Program-made: the position numbers and the translations under genes
NCBI GenBank assembly: GCA_007571275.1
Contig: RKRS01000220.1
Location: 1 to 36,143 of the forward strand
Length of the DNA: 36,143 nucleotides
Reading direction: 5' to 3'
DNA from: Dehalococcoidia bacterium
GTDB lineage: Bacteria > Chloroflexota > Dehalococcoidia > Bin125
The notes under the pieces: model-generated
Seen by the model: the letters and a program-made list of their open reading frames with translations, nothing else
Database searches by the model: none
Told to the model about the DNA's origin: nothing
Part shown: piece by piece, positions 26,435 to 34,760 of the stretch
Layout of the letters: the number at the start of each line of letters is the position of its first letter
Numbering within the stretch: position 1 is the first letter of the stretch

Positions 26435-28075
26435 ATGTCAGAGCGGGACGTTCAGCGTGTGATCGTCATTGGCGGTGGGCCCGGTGGTTCGACGTCTGCG
26501 ACGTTACTCGCCCGACAGGGCTTCGACGTCACGCTCTTCGAGCGCGAGGTATTTCCCCGCGAGCACGTTGGCGAGTCGTTGCTACCGGCTTCGATACCGA
26601 TCCTCGAAACGCTCGGCGTGATCGAGGAGATCGAAGCGGCCGGTTTTACCCCCAAGTACGGCGCCACGATGGTCTGGGGTCGTGATCCCGATCCGTGGTC
26701 CTGGCGTTTCGCCGAGACCAATGCCACCTATCCGCACGCTTACCAGGTCTGGCGACCGACCTTCGACCAGATGTTGCTCAACAACGCCGAGCGGAACGGC
26801 GTCAACGTTCGCCAGGCCTGCCGCGTGGTTGACGCCCAGGTTGAGACCAGCGAGCCAACGTCGGTCACGGTCGAATCGGCCGACGGCCGGCAGGAAGTGC
26901 ATCAGGCGGATTGGATCGTCGACGCCAGTGGCCAGAACGGGTTCCTCGCGCGACGCCTTGATCTGCGCACGCACGACGAGTTCTTCCGCAATCTGGCGGT
27001 CTACAGCTACTTCCACGGCGCTGACCACCTGCCCGAGCCCGACACTGGCAATATCTTCATCGAGGCCTACGAACACGGTTGGTCTTGGGCGATTCCCCTG
27101 CCTGACGATGTCATGTCGGTCGGCGTCGTCGTCGACGCTGCCTGGGGCGGCGCTCAACTCGCGGAACGCGATACTGAGGCGTTTTACCGCGAACAGCTAT
27201 CGATGACCGGCCGCACGGCCGAGATGCTGGCTCCAGGCAATCTGCTGGAATCGCCGCGTGTGATCCGTGACTGGTCCTACACCGCGCAGCGTCTGGTCGG
27301 CGACGGCTTCATCCTGGTCGGCGACGCCGCCTGCTTCATCGATCCGCTGTTCTCTTCTGGTGTGCATCTGGCCATGTCGTCGGCGGTGCTGGCTTCGGCC
27401 TATGTGACCTCGGCCCTGCGCGAACCTGAAATGCGCGTTCCCGCCGCCGAGGTCTACTCCCAGCTCTACATGCAGCAATACCATCAGTTCCGCGAGATGG
27501 CGGCGCTGTTCTACGCCTCCAATCGCACCTCCGACTCCTACTTCTGGGAAGCGCGCAGAATTGTCCAGCACCCCGATGACATCTCTCCGCGCGAGGCGTT
27601 TATCGCCGCCGTCGCCGGACAGCCGCCCCAGGGCTACGAGCGGGTGGTCCTGGAGCGCGGCGAAGCGCCTGCTGACTTTGTTGAGGGAGTCGCCGCCGTC
27701 GAGACCGAGCGCGCTCGACGCGCCGCTGAGATGACGCGGCTGATCGACACCGCCTGGCCCGACCGTAGCCCCATGCTCGAAGCCGTGCCCAGCCTCGCCG
27801 ATGGCGTCGAGCTAGCACGCAAGCCAGTCATCGGTGACGGACAGTTCGAGTGGGGCGCAGTGATATCGTCCCCGTCCCGACCGCAGGGCGCGCCGATTTC
27901 GATGGTCGTGGCGGCTCTGGCCTCTCGAATTGATGGCCGTAGCACTGTCCGGACACTGCTCGAAGACCTCTTTACAGGCGTGTCGGAGCCGCAGCGCGTC
28001 CAGCTCTTGCCGGGCATGCTGACCGCGCTGCGCGTCTTGTACATCGACGGCATGATCGCCTACTGGCGCGTGTGA
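26435..28075 (+). CDS. FAD-dependent oxidoreductase of the flavin-dependent halogenase type (CndH/PltA-like) with an unassigned C-terminal region of about 150 aa
   Basis: 546 aa. It has the dinucleotide fold VIVIGGGPGGS, HVGESLLP, a Lys in FTPKYGATMVWG, and the halogenase-type WxWxIP motif as GWSWAIP (27080-27097). The remaining 150 aa or so I cannot assign. Confidence 0.7.
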   Translation: MSERDVQRVIVIGGGPGGSTSATLLARQGFDVTLFEREVFPREHVGESLLPASIPILETLGVIEEIEAAGFTPKYGATMVWGRDPDPWSWRFAETNATYPHAYQVWRPTFDQMLLNNAERNGVNVRQACRVVDAQVETSEPTSVTVESADGRQEVHQADWIVDASGQNGFLARRLDLRTHDEFFRNLAVYSYFHGADHLPEPDTGNIFIEAYEHGWSWAIPLPDDVMSVGVVVDAAWGGAQLAERDTEAFYREQLSMTGRTAEMLAPGNLLESPRVIRDWSYTAQRLVGDGFILVGDAACFIDPLFSSGVHLAMSSAVLASAYVTSALREPEMRVPAAEVYSQLYMQQYHQFREMAALFYASNRTSDSYFWEARRIVQHPDDISPREAFIAAVAGQPPQGYERVVLERGEAPADFVEGVAAVETERARRAAEMTRLIDTAWPDRSPMLEAVPSLADGVELARKPVIGDGQFEWGAVISSPSRPQGAPISMVVAALASRIDGRSTVRTLLEDLFTGVSEPQRVQLLPGMLTALRVLYIDGMIAYWRV

Positions 28076-28118
28076 CTCACTAGACTTGGGCAAACATACC
28101 TGTCTGAGAGGTGTCGCC

Positions 28119-28670
28119 ATGTCGGGACCGACTGCCCGGACCGTCGGGCGGATTGAACAACTCAACGTCTCAGCGGGCGGCGTGCCCAAACGCGCCGTGC
28201 CTGAAGCCATTGTCAACGAGTACGGTCTGACCCGCGACCGCCAGCGCGACCGTCGACATCACGGCGGCACGGAACGCGCGGTCTGCCTGTTTTCGGCGGA
28301 GATTCTCGACAGCCTGCGAGCTGACGGCCACCAGATCGGCCCCGGCGCCACTGGCGAGAACGTCACCATTCGCGGCATCGACTGGAAAAAGCTCGTGCCA
28401 GGCTCACGACTCCATCTTGGCGAGCAGGTTGTGGTGGAGATCACCTCATACGCTTCGCCCTGCCGGATCATCGCTCACTGTTTCCGTGATGGCGACTTCA
28501 ACCGCATCAATCAGGCGACTCATCCAGGTCGCTCGCGGTTGTACGCCCGCGTCGTGCGACAGGGCACGATGTACCCGGGTGATGATGTCACCCTCGAGAT
28601 TGATTCGGCCGCCGACCGCGGCGCGCGTCTACAACCCAAGACGACTCGCTGGCGCCCGCCGTCCAGCTAA
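28119..28670 (+). CDS. MOSC domain-containing protein (YiiM-like)
   Basis: I chose the ATG at 28119 (MSGPTARTVGRIEQLNVS...) over the listed TTG at 28086. RHHGGTERAVCLFS, GATGENVTIRGIDW, and the conserved Cys in ITSYASPCRII fit the MOSC beta-barrel. Confidence 0.8.
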   Translation: MSGPTARTVGRIEQLNVSAGGVPKRAVPEAIVNEYGLTRDRQRDRRHHGGTERAVCLFSAEILDSLRADGHQIGPGATGENVTIRGIDWKKLVPGSRLHLGEQVVVEITSYASPCRIIAHCFRDGDFNRINQATHPGRSRLYARVVRQGTMYPGDDVTLEIDSAADRGARLQPKTTRWRPPSS

Positions 28671-28804
28671 CCTCCAGCGCAACAGACGCGATCGAAACAT
28701 CACGCGTCGTTCCCGCGTGCACAGTGATACTCTGCGCGCACGCGATGACTCCGCGACTCGTGAACGAGCAGCAACGTCCAGGACTGTGAAACGGGAGTAG
28801 ATCG

Positions 28805-29410
28805 ATGACCACCGAAGCATCCGCCCGCCAAGCCGCCCTGATCGCGCGGCGATATCCCAGCCGAGCCACCTTGCGCGGCGGCCACGAGATCGATATGCGC
28901 CTGATGAGCGCCGACGATCGCGCCCGCTTCCTCGCCTTCGCCCGCTCCCTCTCAACCAATGACCTGCTCTACCTGCCCTGGGACATCACCAATGAGCTGG
29001 TGGTCGATCGCTGGCTCGAGAACATCGCCGAGCATCGGACGACCACCGTACTCGCCATGGACACTGGCAACATCGTCGGCGAGGCCACCCTGCTTCATAA
29101 CGAGGCCGGCTGGACCAACCATATCGGCGAAATTCGCGTCACCGTGAACTCGCAAATTCGCGGTCAGGGGCTCGGTCGTTTCCTCGCTGAAGAGATCTTC
29201 GCCATCGCTGACTCGATCGGGCTTGAGCGCATCTCTGCTCGGATGACCCACGACCAGCTCAGCGCTCAGGCCGTGTTCGAGTCGCTTGGCTTCCATCCGG
29301 TGGCGACGTTGCCCGGCTGGGTGATGGACCGCGACGGTCGACTCCGTGACCTTGTCATGATGGCCTACGATCTGCGCGCCCGCGGCGCGCCCACCTCAGC
29401 CCAGCGTTAG
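28805..29410 (+). CDS. GNAT family N-acetyltransferase
   Basis: 201 aa. The acetyl-CoA binding motif A is VNSQIRGQGLGRFLAEEI, followed by ...AQAVFESLGF... (motif B). GGGAG lies upstream of the ATG. Confidence 0.8.
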   Translation: MTTEASARQAALIARRYPSRATLRGGHEIDMRLMSADDRARFLAFARSLSTNDLLYLPWDITNELVVDRWLENIAEHRTTTVLAMDTGNIVGEATLLHNEAGWTNHIGEIRVTVNSQIRGQGLGRFLAEEIFAIADSIGLERISARMTHDQLSAQAVFESLGFHPVATLPGWVMDRDGRLRDLVMMAYDLRARGAPTSAQR

Positions 29411-29478
29411 TGCCGCGCCCGTCATACGCGGACAGCAAGATTGCGTGGCATCGTCGCCGGGCGTTCGCCAACGCCTAT

Positions 29479-29506
29479 CCTGTCAGTAACCCCATGGCAT
29501 GACAGG
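29479..29506 (+). promoter_or_regulatory. Hairpin overlapping the probable ribosome-binding site of the aminotransferase gene
   Basis: CCTGTCA (29479-29485) pairs with TGACAGG (29500-29506), giving 7 bp and a 14-nt loop. The 3' arm contains the only AGGA upstream of the ATG at 29514. Confidence 0.3.
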
Positions 29507-29513
29507 ACCTTGA

Positions 29514-30881
29514 ATGACCACGCCAACCCAAGCCGCTCTTCGCCAACAATCGTTGGAGCACCTCTGGATTCCCACCCAGTCGCACGCCGATCTCGCTGCT
29601 GACGACGGACTGCTCGTTATCCAGAAGGGTGAAGGCATCTTTCTGCACGACGACCAGGGCCGTGAGTACATCGACGCGATGTCCGGACTCTGGCTGAACG
29701 CGGTCGGACACGGGCGTACCGAGCTGGCCGACATCGCCCATGAGCAGATGTCCAGGCTCGCGTACCAGAACACCTTCGCCTATGCCTCGGAGCCGGCTGT
29801 CGCGCTGGCCTCCAAGCTCTACGACCTGACTCCCTCGACCATTCGCAAGGCGGTCTTCGTCAACGGCGGTTCAGAGGCCGTGGAGAATGCGCTCAAGATC
29901 GCCAAGCAGTACCACCACATCCGCGGCAAGGGCACGAAGTTCAAGGTTATCTCGCGTATCGGTTCGTACCACGGGCAGACCGCCGGCGCGCTCTCTGTCA
30001 ACGCCGCCAGTTACTCCCAGCGAGCGCCCTATGAGCCGCTCGTGCCGGGCTCGCTGCATGTACCGAATGTCAACTGCGACCGCTGTCCCTACGAGAAAAC
30101 CTTCCCCGAGTGCGACGTGTTCTGCGCTCGCACCATTGAGGATGTGGTGATGGCGGCCGGCCCTGACACCGTCGCGGCGATGATCGCCGAGCCGATCTCG
30201 ACTGCCAACGGCAGCTACGTGCCCGACAAGGCTTACTGGCGCACGCTTCGGGAGATCTGCGACAAGCACGACATCGTGCTCATCGCAGATGAGGTGATCA
30301 ACGGATTCGGGCGGACAGGCAAGTGGTTTGGCATGGACCACTTCGACGTCGAGCCGGACATCATGACGACCGCCAAGCAGATTTCGTCCGGGTACTCGCC
30401 GATTGCTGCAACCTTGGTCAACGACAACATCGCGAGAACCTTCGAAGAGGCCGGCAAGGATGGCACGATCGGCGGCATCACCTGGGGCGCCAACCCTGTC
30501 TCCTGCGCCGTCGCGCTCGGCAACCTCAACATCATCGAGAGCGAAGGCCTGGTCGAGAACGCGGCTCGCGTGGGCGAGCATGTCCGCTCACGTCTCGTTC
30601 AGCTGCGGGAGGAGCACCGCACGATCAACCACACACGCGGCATCGGCATGATGCACGTTGTCGAGTTGAAGAAGAACCCGGCAACCGGCGAGGACTTTGA
30701 TGAGGCCGACAACGTCTCAGCGCGGGTGACTCAATACCTCCGCGATGAGGGTGTGCTCGCTCGTGGCGGGGCGACAATTCCCTTCGCGCCGCCACTGGTG
30801 ACCAACCTGGAAGAGGCGGACGAGCTGGTCAATCGCATCTCGCGCGCCATTGCAAAGCTCGAAACCGAGCTGAGCCTGTAA
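29514..30881 (+). CDS. Class III (omega-type) pyridoxal-phosphate-dependent aminotransferase
   Basis: 455 aa. GGSEAVENALKIAKQY, IADEVINGFGRTGKWF and the PLP-lysine context DIMTTAKQISSGY are typical of the aspartate aminotransferase family, class III. Confidence 0.9.
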   Translation: MTTPTQAALRQQSLEHLWIPTQSHADLAADDGLLVIQKGEGIFLHDDQGREYIDAMSGLWLNAVGHGRTELADIAHEQMSRLAYQNTFAYASEPAVALASKLYDLTPSTIRKAVFVNGGSEAVENALKIAKQYHHIRGKGTKFKVISRIGSYHGQTAGALSVNAASYSQRAPYEPLVPGSLHVPNVNCDRCPYEKTFPECDVFCARTIEDVVMAAGPDTVAAMIAEPISTANGSYVPDKAYWRTLREICDKHDIVLIADEVINGFGRTGKWFGMDHFDVEPDIMTTAKQISSGYSPIAATLVNDNIARTFEEAGKDGTIGGITWGANPVSCAVALGNLNIIESEGLVENAARVGEHVRSRLVQLREEHRTINHTRGIGMMHVVELKKNPATGEDFDEADNVSARVTQYLRDEGVLARGGATIPFAPPLVTNLEEADELVNRISRAIAKLETELSL

Positions 30882-30898
30882 CAGCGCGGGAATACGCC

Positions 30899-30948
30899 AC
30901 ATCACCTGAACAGCGCCCGTTCCATCGGGCGAACTGTTCAGGTGATGT
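30899..30948. terminator. Long hairpin between convergent genes (candidate bidirectional terminator, no clear U-tract)
   Basis: ACATCACCTGAACAG (30899-30913) pairs perfectly with CTGTTCAGGTGATGT (30934-30948). An inner pair CGCCCG (30914-30919) / CGGGCG (30926-30931) adds 6 bp, with a 2-nt bulge and a 6-nt loop. It lies 18 nt after the aminotransferase stop and 25 nt from the STAS gene stop. Confidence 0.5.
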
Positions 30949-30972
30949 AGTGCGAGCTCAGATGGACAAACG

Positions 30973-31308
30973 CTAGAAGCTGTTCAGCGCCGCCGGCCGA
31001 TCGCTGTGGATCGGGATGATCTCGGAGAACCCTGAGAACTTGAACACTTCCTGGATGTGATCCTGGACCGCGCACAGCGCCAGCTGTCCCTGTGCCTGCT
31101 CGGTGCGCTTGGCGGCCATCAGCAGGACACGCAGCCCCGCGGAGGAGATGTAGTTGATCCCCTCAAAGTTCATCAGAATCTGATTGTCGCCAGCTGCGAT
31201 CCGACCCAGTAGCGCTTCCTCAAACGCCTTGGCGTTGGTGCCGTCGATGCGACCCAGCGGGTTCAGTACCAACACGCTGTCGTCGTATTCGGGATACAGG
31301 TCAACCAT
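30973..31308 (-). CDS. STAS domain anti-sigma-factor antagonist (SpoIIAA/RsbV-like)
   Basis: 111 aa. The conserved phospho-serine context is FEGINYISSAGLRVLLMA. GAGGAG lies upstream of the ATG. The gene starts 20 nt downstream of the phosphatase/kinase gene. Confidence 0.85.
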   Translation of the reverse strand: MVDLYPEYDDSVLVLNPLGRIDGTNAKAFEEALLGRIAAGDNQILMNFEGINYISSAGLRVLLMAAKRTEQAQGQLALCAVQDHIQEVFKFSGFSEIIPIHSDRPAALNSF

Positions 31309-31328
31309 TGTGGAGCTCCTCTGTTACG

Positions 31329-33401
31329 TCAGCGGAAGGCGGAATCATCTGAGTCTGGCTCGCCATTGGACGAAGCGCGACTCTGATGAAGGGTTGTGAC
31401 GTTGCGATCATCCACTCGCTCGTAGGTTACCTCATCAAATGTCTCGGCGATCAGCTGCAGGCCCAGCCCGCCGATTGGTCGTTCTTCCAGCGCAAGCTCC
31501 GTATCTTGCCCCGGCGCCTCCAGCGGGTTGAACTCGGGGCCGTTGTCTTCGTAACGGACCACCACGCGGTCGCCTTCACTCCGAATCGCGACGGAGATAT
31601 CAGCCTCCTCGACCCGCTTTGGGAATCCGTGTTCAAGCGTGTTGGTCAGGAGTTCATCCAACGCGAGGTTGATTCGATAGATCTGGCCCACGTCCATCCC
31701 CTCGGCGCCCGCGAAGCGTTCGACGAACGCCGTCACGCGCGGCAGCGAACTCTCGAGAGACGGCTGCACCACCATCCGTCTCCAGCCCGAGGCCAGGCGC
31801 CTGTCTCCCTGACCAGGAATGTAGGAATCGGTCAATGCTCCGCCGCCAACGAACCGCAAGGCCATGCAAGTGATGTCGTCGAACTGCTTGGCGTCGCCGG
31901 AGAAGCCTCGCAAGTCAGCGAGGATCGTATCCATCAACTCCTGTGGTCCCAGCGTCGCGTGTTCCGCCAGTTGCCCCTCGAGCCGATCGCGACCGAACTG
32001 CTGACCACTGGCGTCCTCCGCTTCAGTCACGCCGTCGGTGTAGAGATAGAGCGCCGTGTCTGGATCGAGCGGGATGGTGGTCTCGGTGTAGTTGAGCCCA
32101 GGCAGCACGCCGAGCGCAATTCCACCCGTCAGGGGAATCATCTCCGGCGCCTGGTTGGGTCGCATGATGTATGGCGGATCGTGCCCAGCATTGACGTACG
32201 TCAGCGTGCCCAATTCCAGGTCGATGACACCGAAGAATGTGGTGATGAACAGCTCTTTGGGGTTCATGCTGCAGAGCTGGTCGTTGGTTGAGGCGATGGC
32301 TCTGCTTGGGTCGGGGTGCTGATTGGCGGCGCTGCGCAGTAGCGCTCGTCCCACCGCCATCATGAGCGCCGAGGCGACGCCTTTGCCGGAAACGTCAGCA
32401 ATCGCGAACGCGAGTCGTCCGTCGTCGGTCATGAAGGCGTCATAGAAGTCGCCGCCGACATCCAGTGCCGGCGTCATGTATGCGGCGACGCCAGCTCGCG
32501 GATCCTCCGGGAGATCGGACGGGACCAGCGCCGCCTGTACCGAGTGCGCCATTTCGAGGTCATTACGAATCTCGCGTTGGGTATCCTCGAGCGTTCGATT
32601 CTTCTCTGACAGCTCGAGCGTCCGTTCCTCGACCAGGCTGTTGAGTCTGATCTCGCGCGCCCCGACCTCCCTGGCCATATCAAGGAACACACCGGCCAGT
32701 TCGCCATACTCGTCTCGCGTCAGGGACGTGTTGCGCAGCGAAGCGGCGATGGCCGGTTCGGGTTGCCGCCCGTCTTCAACCGCTCTGGCGGCCTGCACCA
32801 TGATTCCGATCGGACGCGCCAACCGTCTGGCGAGGAACCAGCTCCCGAGCACCAAAACGACGAGCAGCGCGATCACCCCAATGATGTACTCGGTACGGTA
32901 TATGTCGAAATGCGCACCGATCTGATTGCTCGTGAACTCGACGCGGACCGCTCCGATTGCGGCGCCGTCCGCTGCGCGAATTGCTGCGGTGCCTGCATAG
33001 ATGCCAGTGGGCAATGACTCAACGACAGTCTCTGCGCCGGGCGTCATGGCCGCCCGAGCAGGGTTGATCTCATCGCGTCCGATCTGACGCGCGCCGGCTG
33101 ATGCCGCCAGATGTCGCCCCGCTGCGTTGAATACCCAGATGTAGCTCAGATCGACCGCGTCTGTTTCATCGACGTCGGCTGCTGGCGCATTGATGCGAAT
33201 CAGTGCGTTGACTTCCTCGTCGCTCAGCGAAGACAGATCAGCGGCAAGCAGCGAACGCGCAACAGATTCCGCCAGGACTTTCGCCGTCCGTCGGCCTGAA
33301 TCCTCTTCCGAGTCGAAGGCCAACAAGACCAGCACCGCAACCGCAGCGATCACCCCCGCCAGTGTGAGCACCGAGATCATACCGACGATGCGACCAGCCA
33401 T
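31329..33401 (-). CDS. Membrane sensor with TM, periplasmic domain, TM, HAMP, PP2C (SpoIIE/RsbU-type) phosphatase and HATPase_c (RsbW-like anti-sigma kinase) domains
   Basis: 690 aa. TM1 is ISVLTLAGVIAAVAVLVLLAF and TM2 plus HAMP is YIIGVIALLVVLVLGSWFLARRLARPIGIMVQAARAVEDG. PP2C motifs are VGGDFYD, FAIADVSGKGVASALMM and LYLYTDGVTEA. The C-terminal GHKL region reads INLALDELLTNTLEHG...YEDNGPEFNP...GGLGLQLI. Confidence 0.85.
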   Translation of the reverse strand: MAGRIVGMISVLTLAGVIAAVAVLVLLAFDSEEDSGRRTAKVLAESVARSLLAADLSSLSDEEVNALIRINAPAADVDETDAVDLSYIWVFNAAGRHLAASAGARQIGRDEINPARAAMTPGAETVVESLPTGIYAGTAAIRAADGAAIGAVRVEFTSNQIGAHFDIYRTEYIIGVIALLVVLVLGSWFLARRLARPIGIMVQAARAVEDGRQPEPAIAASLRNTSLTRDEYGELAGVFLDMAREVGAREIRLNSLVEERTLELSEKNRTLEDTQREIRNDLEMAHSVQAALVPSDLPEDPRAGVAAYMTPALDVGGDFYDAFMTDDGRLAFAIADVSGKGVASALMMAVGRALLRSAANQHPDPSRAIASTNDQLCSMNPKELFITTFFGVIDLELGTLTYVNAGHDPPYIMRPNQAPEMIPLTGGIALGVLPGLNYTETTIPLDPDTALYLYTDGVTEAEDASGQQFGRDRLEGQLAEHATLGPQELMDTILADLRGFSGDAKQFDDITCMALRFVGGGALTDSYIPGQGDRRLASGWRRMVVQPSLESSLPRVTAFVERFAGAEGMDVGQIYRINLALDELLTNTLEHGFPKRVEEADISVAIRSEGDRVVVRYEDNGPEFNPLEAPGQDTELALEERPIGGLGLQLIAETFDEVTYERVDDRNVTTLHQSRASSNGEPDSDDSAFR

Positions 33402-33473
33402 GCGCGTAAATTAACACGTTCGGATGATTGTGCATCGCTGTATTGCGCCACCCGAGTGTGTTTGGTGAAGCTC

Positions 33474-34334
33474 TCAGGGATTGATCAGGCTGGCGGCTGA
33501 GCTGGCGCCGTAGGCGCCCGTGCCGTCGCCAAGCACGGCCTGAGCCGTGGCGACGCCGTCTGCCGCGCCGCGAGAGACGATCCGCAGGAACTGCCAGTCC
33601 CCAACTGGAGGTCGATGGAGATGCAGCGTGATATCCGCATTGACATAGCCACTGCGGCCTGGCTGCATGTTTGCGAAGGGTGAGACGAAATCGGCGATGC
33701 TGGCCGCCCGCACCGCAGGCGACAAGGGCGCATCGGCCAGTACAGGGGCGTCAGCCCGGATCCAGACGACCGGCGCATGTTCACCGCCTGGCGGCACGAT
33801 GTGGCGCATCTCCAGTGTGCCGGGATATGACACCCACCGATTGCCGACTCGGTCCACGCGGTTCGGTATCGCTTCAGCGGGCGGCGGCGGAGGTTCAGTA
33901 TTGTGCTCAGCGCCGACCGAGCCGAGCCGAGCATCGGAGTGAAGACAGAGCGTGGTCGCCTGCGTCAGCAGCTTGCCTTCACAGCTGATCCTGCTTTGCA
34001 ACACCACGAGCCGCCGACCCGTGCGAATCGGCTCAACCTCCACCAGCAGACGGCCATAGGGAACGGGGCGGAACAGGTCGATCGTCTGGCGCGCGATCCG
34101 TAACTCGCCGCCTGCGTTGTTGCTCTCCGAGGACAGCTCATGCAGATGCTGTTCGACGCAAAACGCGATCAGCGCTGCAACCGGACTGCCATGCAGCGCA
34201 TCTGGCGACCAGGGGCCGCGGGCGCGATCAGTTGGTCGGAAGTGCTCGCCATCACGCGTGAACAACGCGCCGCTGGACGCCGCTCGTTGCTCGGCGCCCG
34301 GATCGGCTGTTGGCCTGAGGTGTGAGTCAGACAA
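33474..34334 (-). CDS. Thioesterase family protein (TesB-like double hot-dog acyl-CoA thioesterase)
   Basis: 286 aa from a TTG start directly abutting the NIPSNAP stop. The N-terminal FTRDGEHFRPTDRARGPWSPDALHGSPVAALI matches my recollection of the actinobacterial 4HBT_3-type thioesterases. The start codon is uncertain. Confidence 0.65.
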   Translation of the reverse strand: MSDSHLRPTADPGAEQRAASSGALFTRDGEHFRPTDRARGPWSPDALHGSPVAALIAFCVEQHLHELSSESNNAGGELRIARQTIDLFRPVPYGRLLVEVEPIRTGRRLVVLQSRISCEGKLLTQATTLCLHSDARLGSVGAEHNTEPPPPPAEAIPNRVDRVGNRWVSYPGTLEMRHIVPPGGEHAPVVWIRADAPVLADAPLSPAVRAASIADFVSPFANMQPGRSGYVNADITLHLHRPPVGDWQFLRIVSRGAADGVATAQAVLGDGTGAYGASSAASLINP

Positions 34335-34655
34335 CTATTGGATCGGCGAACGCGGGGTCGCTTCGAGTCGCTTGACCGAGATGCTGTCGCGGCTCATCAT
34401 CTCTCCCACCTGCGGCGCGATCTCGTTCTTCCAGTAGTCCGATCCATAGACCGACTCGTAGAGTCGCTCACGCTCTGCTTCCGAGTGGAAGCGACGGATC
34501 CAGACATAGGTGTTCTCGTCTTCCTCGGATACGAACGAACCGAGGATCGTCATGCCCTGCTTGGTCTGGAAGGGAATGATCTGCTCTTCCATCAAGCGGA
34601 CGAACTCTTCGCGGCGGCCCTCGTTGATGGTGTACTGGCGAAGCTCAAACAACAT
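34335..34655 (-). CDS. NIPSNAP family protein
   Basis: 106 aa. MLFELRQYTI..G...EF, and ...YVWIRRFHSEAERERL, are typical of the NIPSNAP ferredoxin-like fold. AGGGAG lies upstream of the ATG. Confidence 0.8.
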   Translation of the reverse strand: MLFELRQYTINEGRREEFVRLMEEQIIPFQTKQGMTILGSFVSEEDENTYVWIRRFHSEAERERLYESVYGSDYWKNEIAPQVGEMMSRDSISVKRLEATPRSPIQ

Positions 34656-34760
34656 GCGGCTGACTCCCTGATGAGGTTAGGTGCGGATGCCTGGTGCCCG
34701 CCGCCGTAGCGCAAGGCGGGCGGATACCCGTATCGTATCGGCTGTAGACGTCTGCGACGA

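Noticed and set aside
9431-28075. A halide theme linking the ClC, CrcB and the halogenase-like enzyme into one system
   Set aside because: The genes lie on different strands and are separated by more than 13 kb of unrelated genes, including the 6.6-kb FtsX pair. There is no evidence for co-regulation, so this is probably coincidence.
28086-28118. TTG start for the MOSC gene
   Set aside because: The ATG at 28119 gives an N-terminus (MSGPTARTVGRIEQLNVS) consistent with MOSC proteins. The TTG extension adds an unlikely Cys- and basic-rich peptide. The choice remains uncertain.
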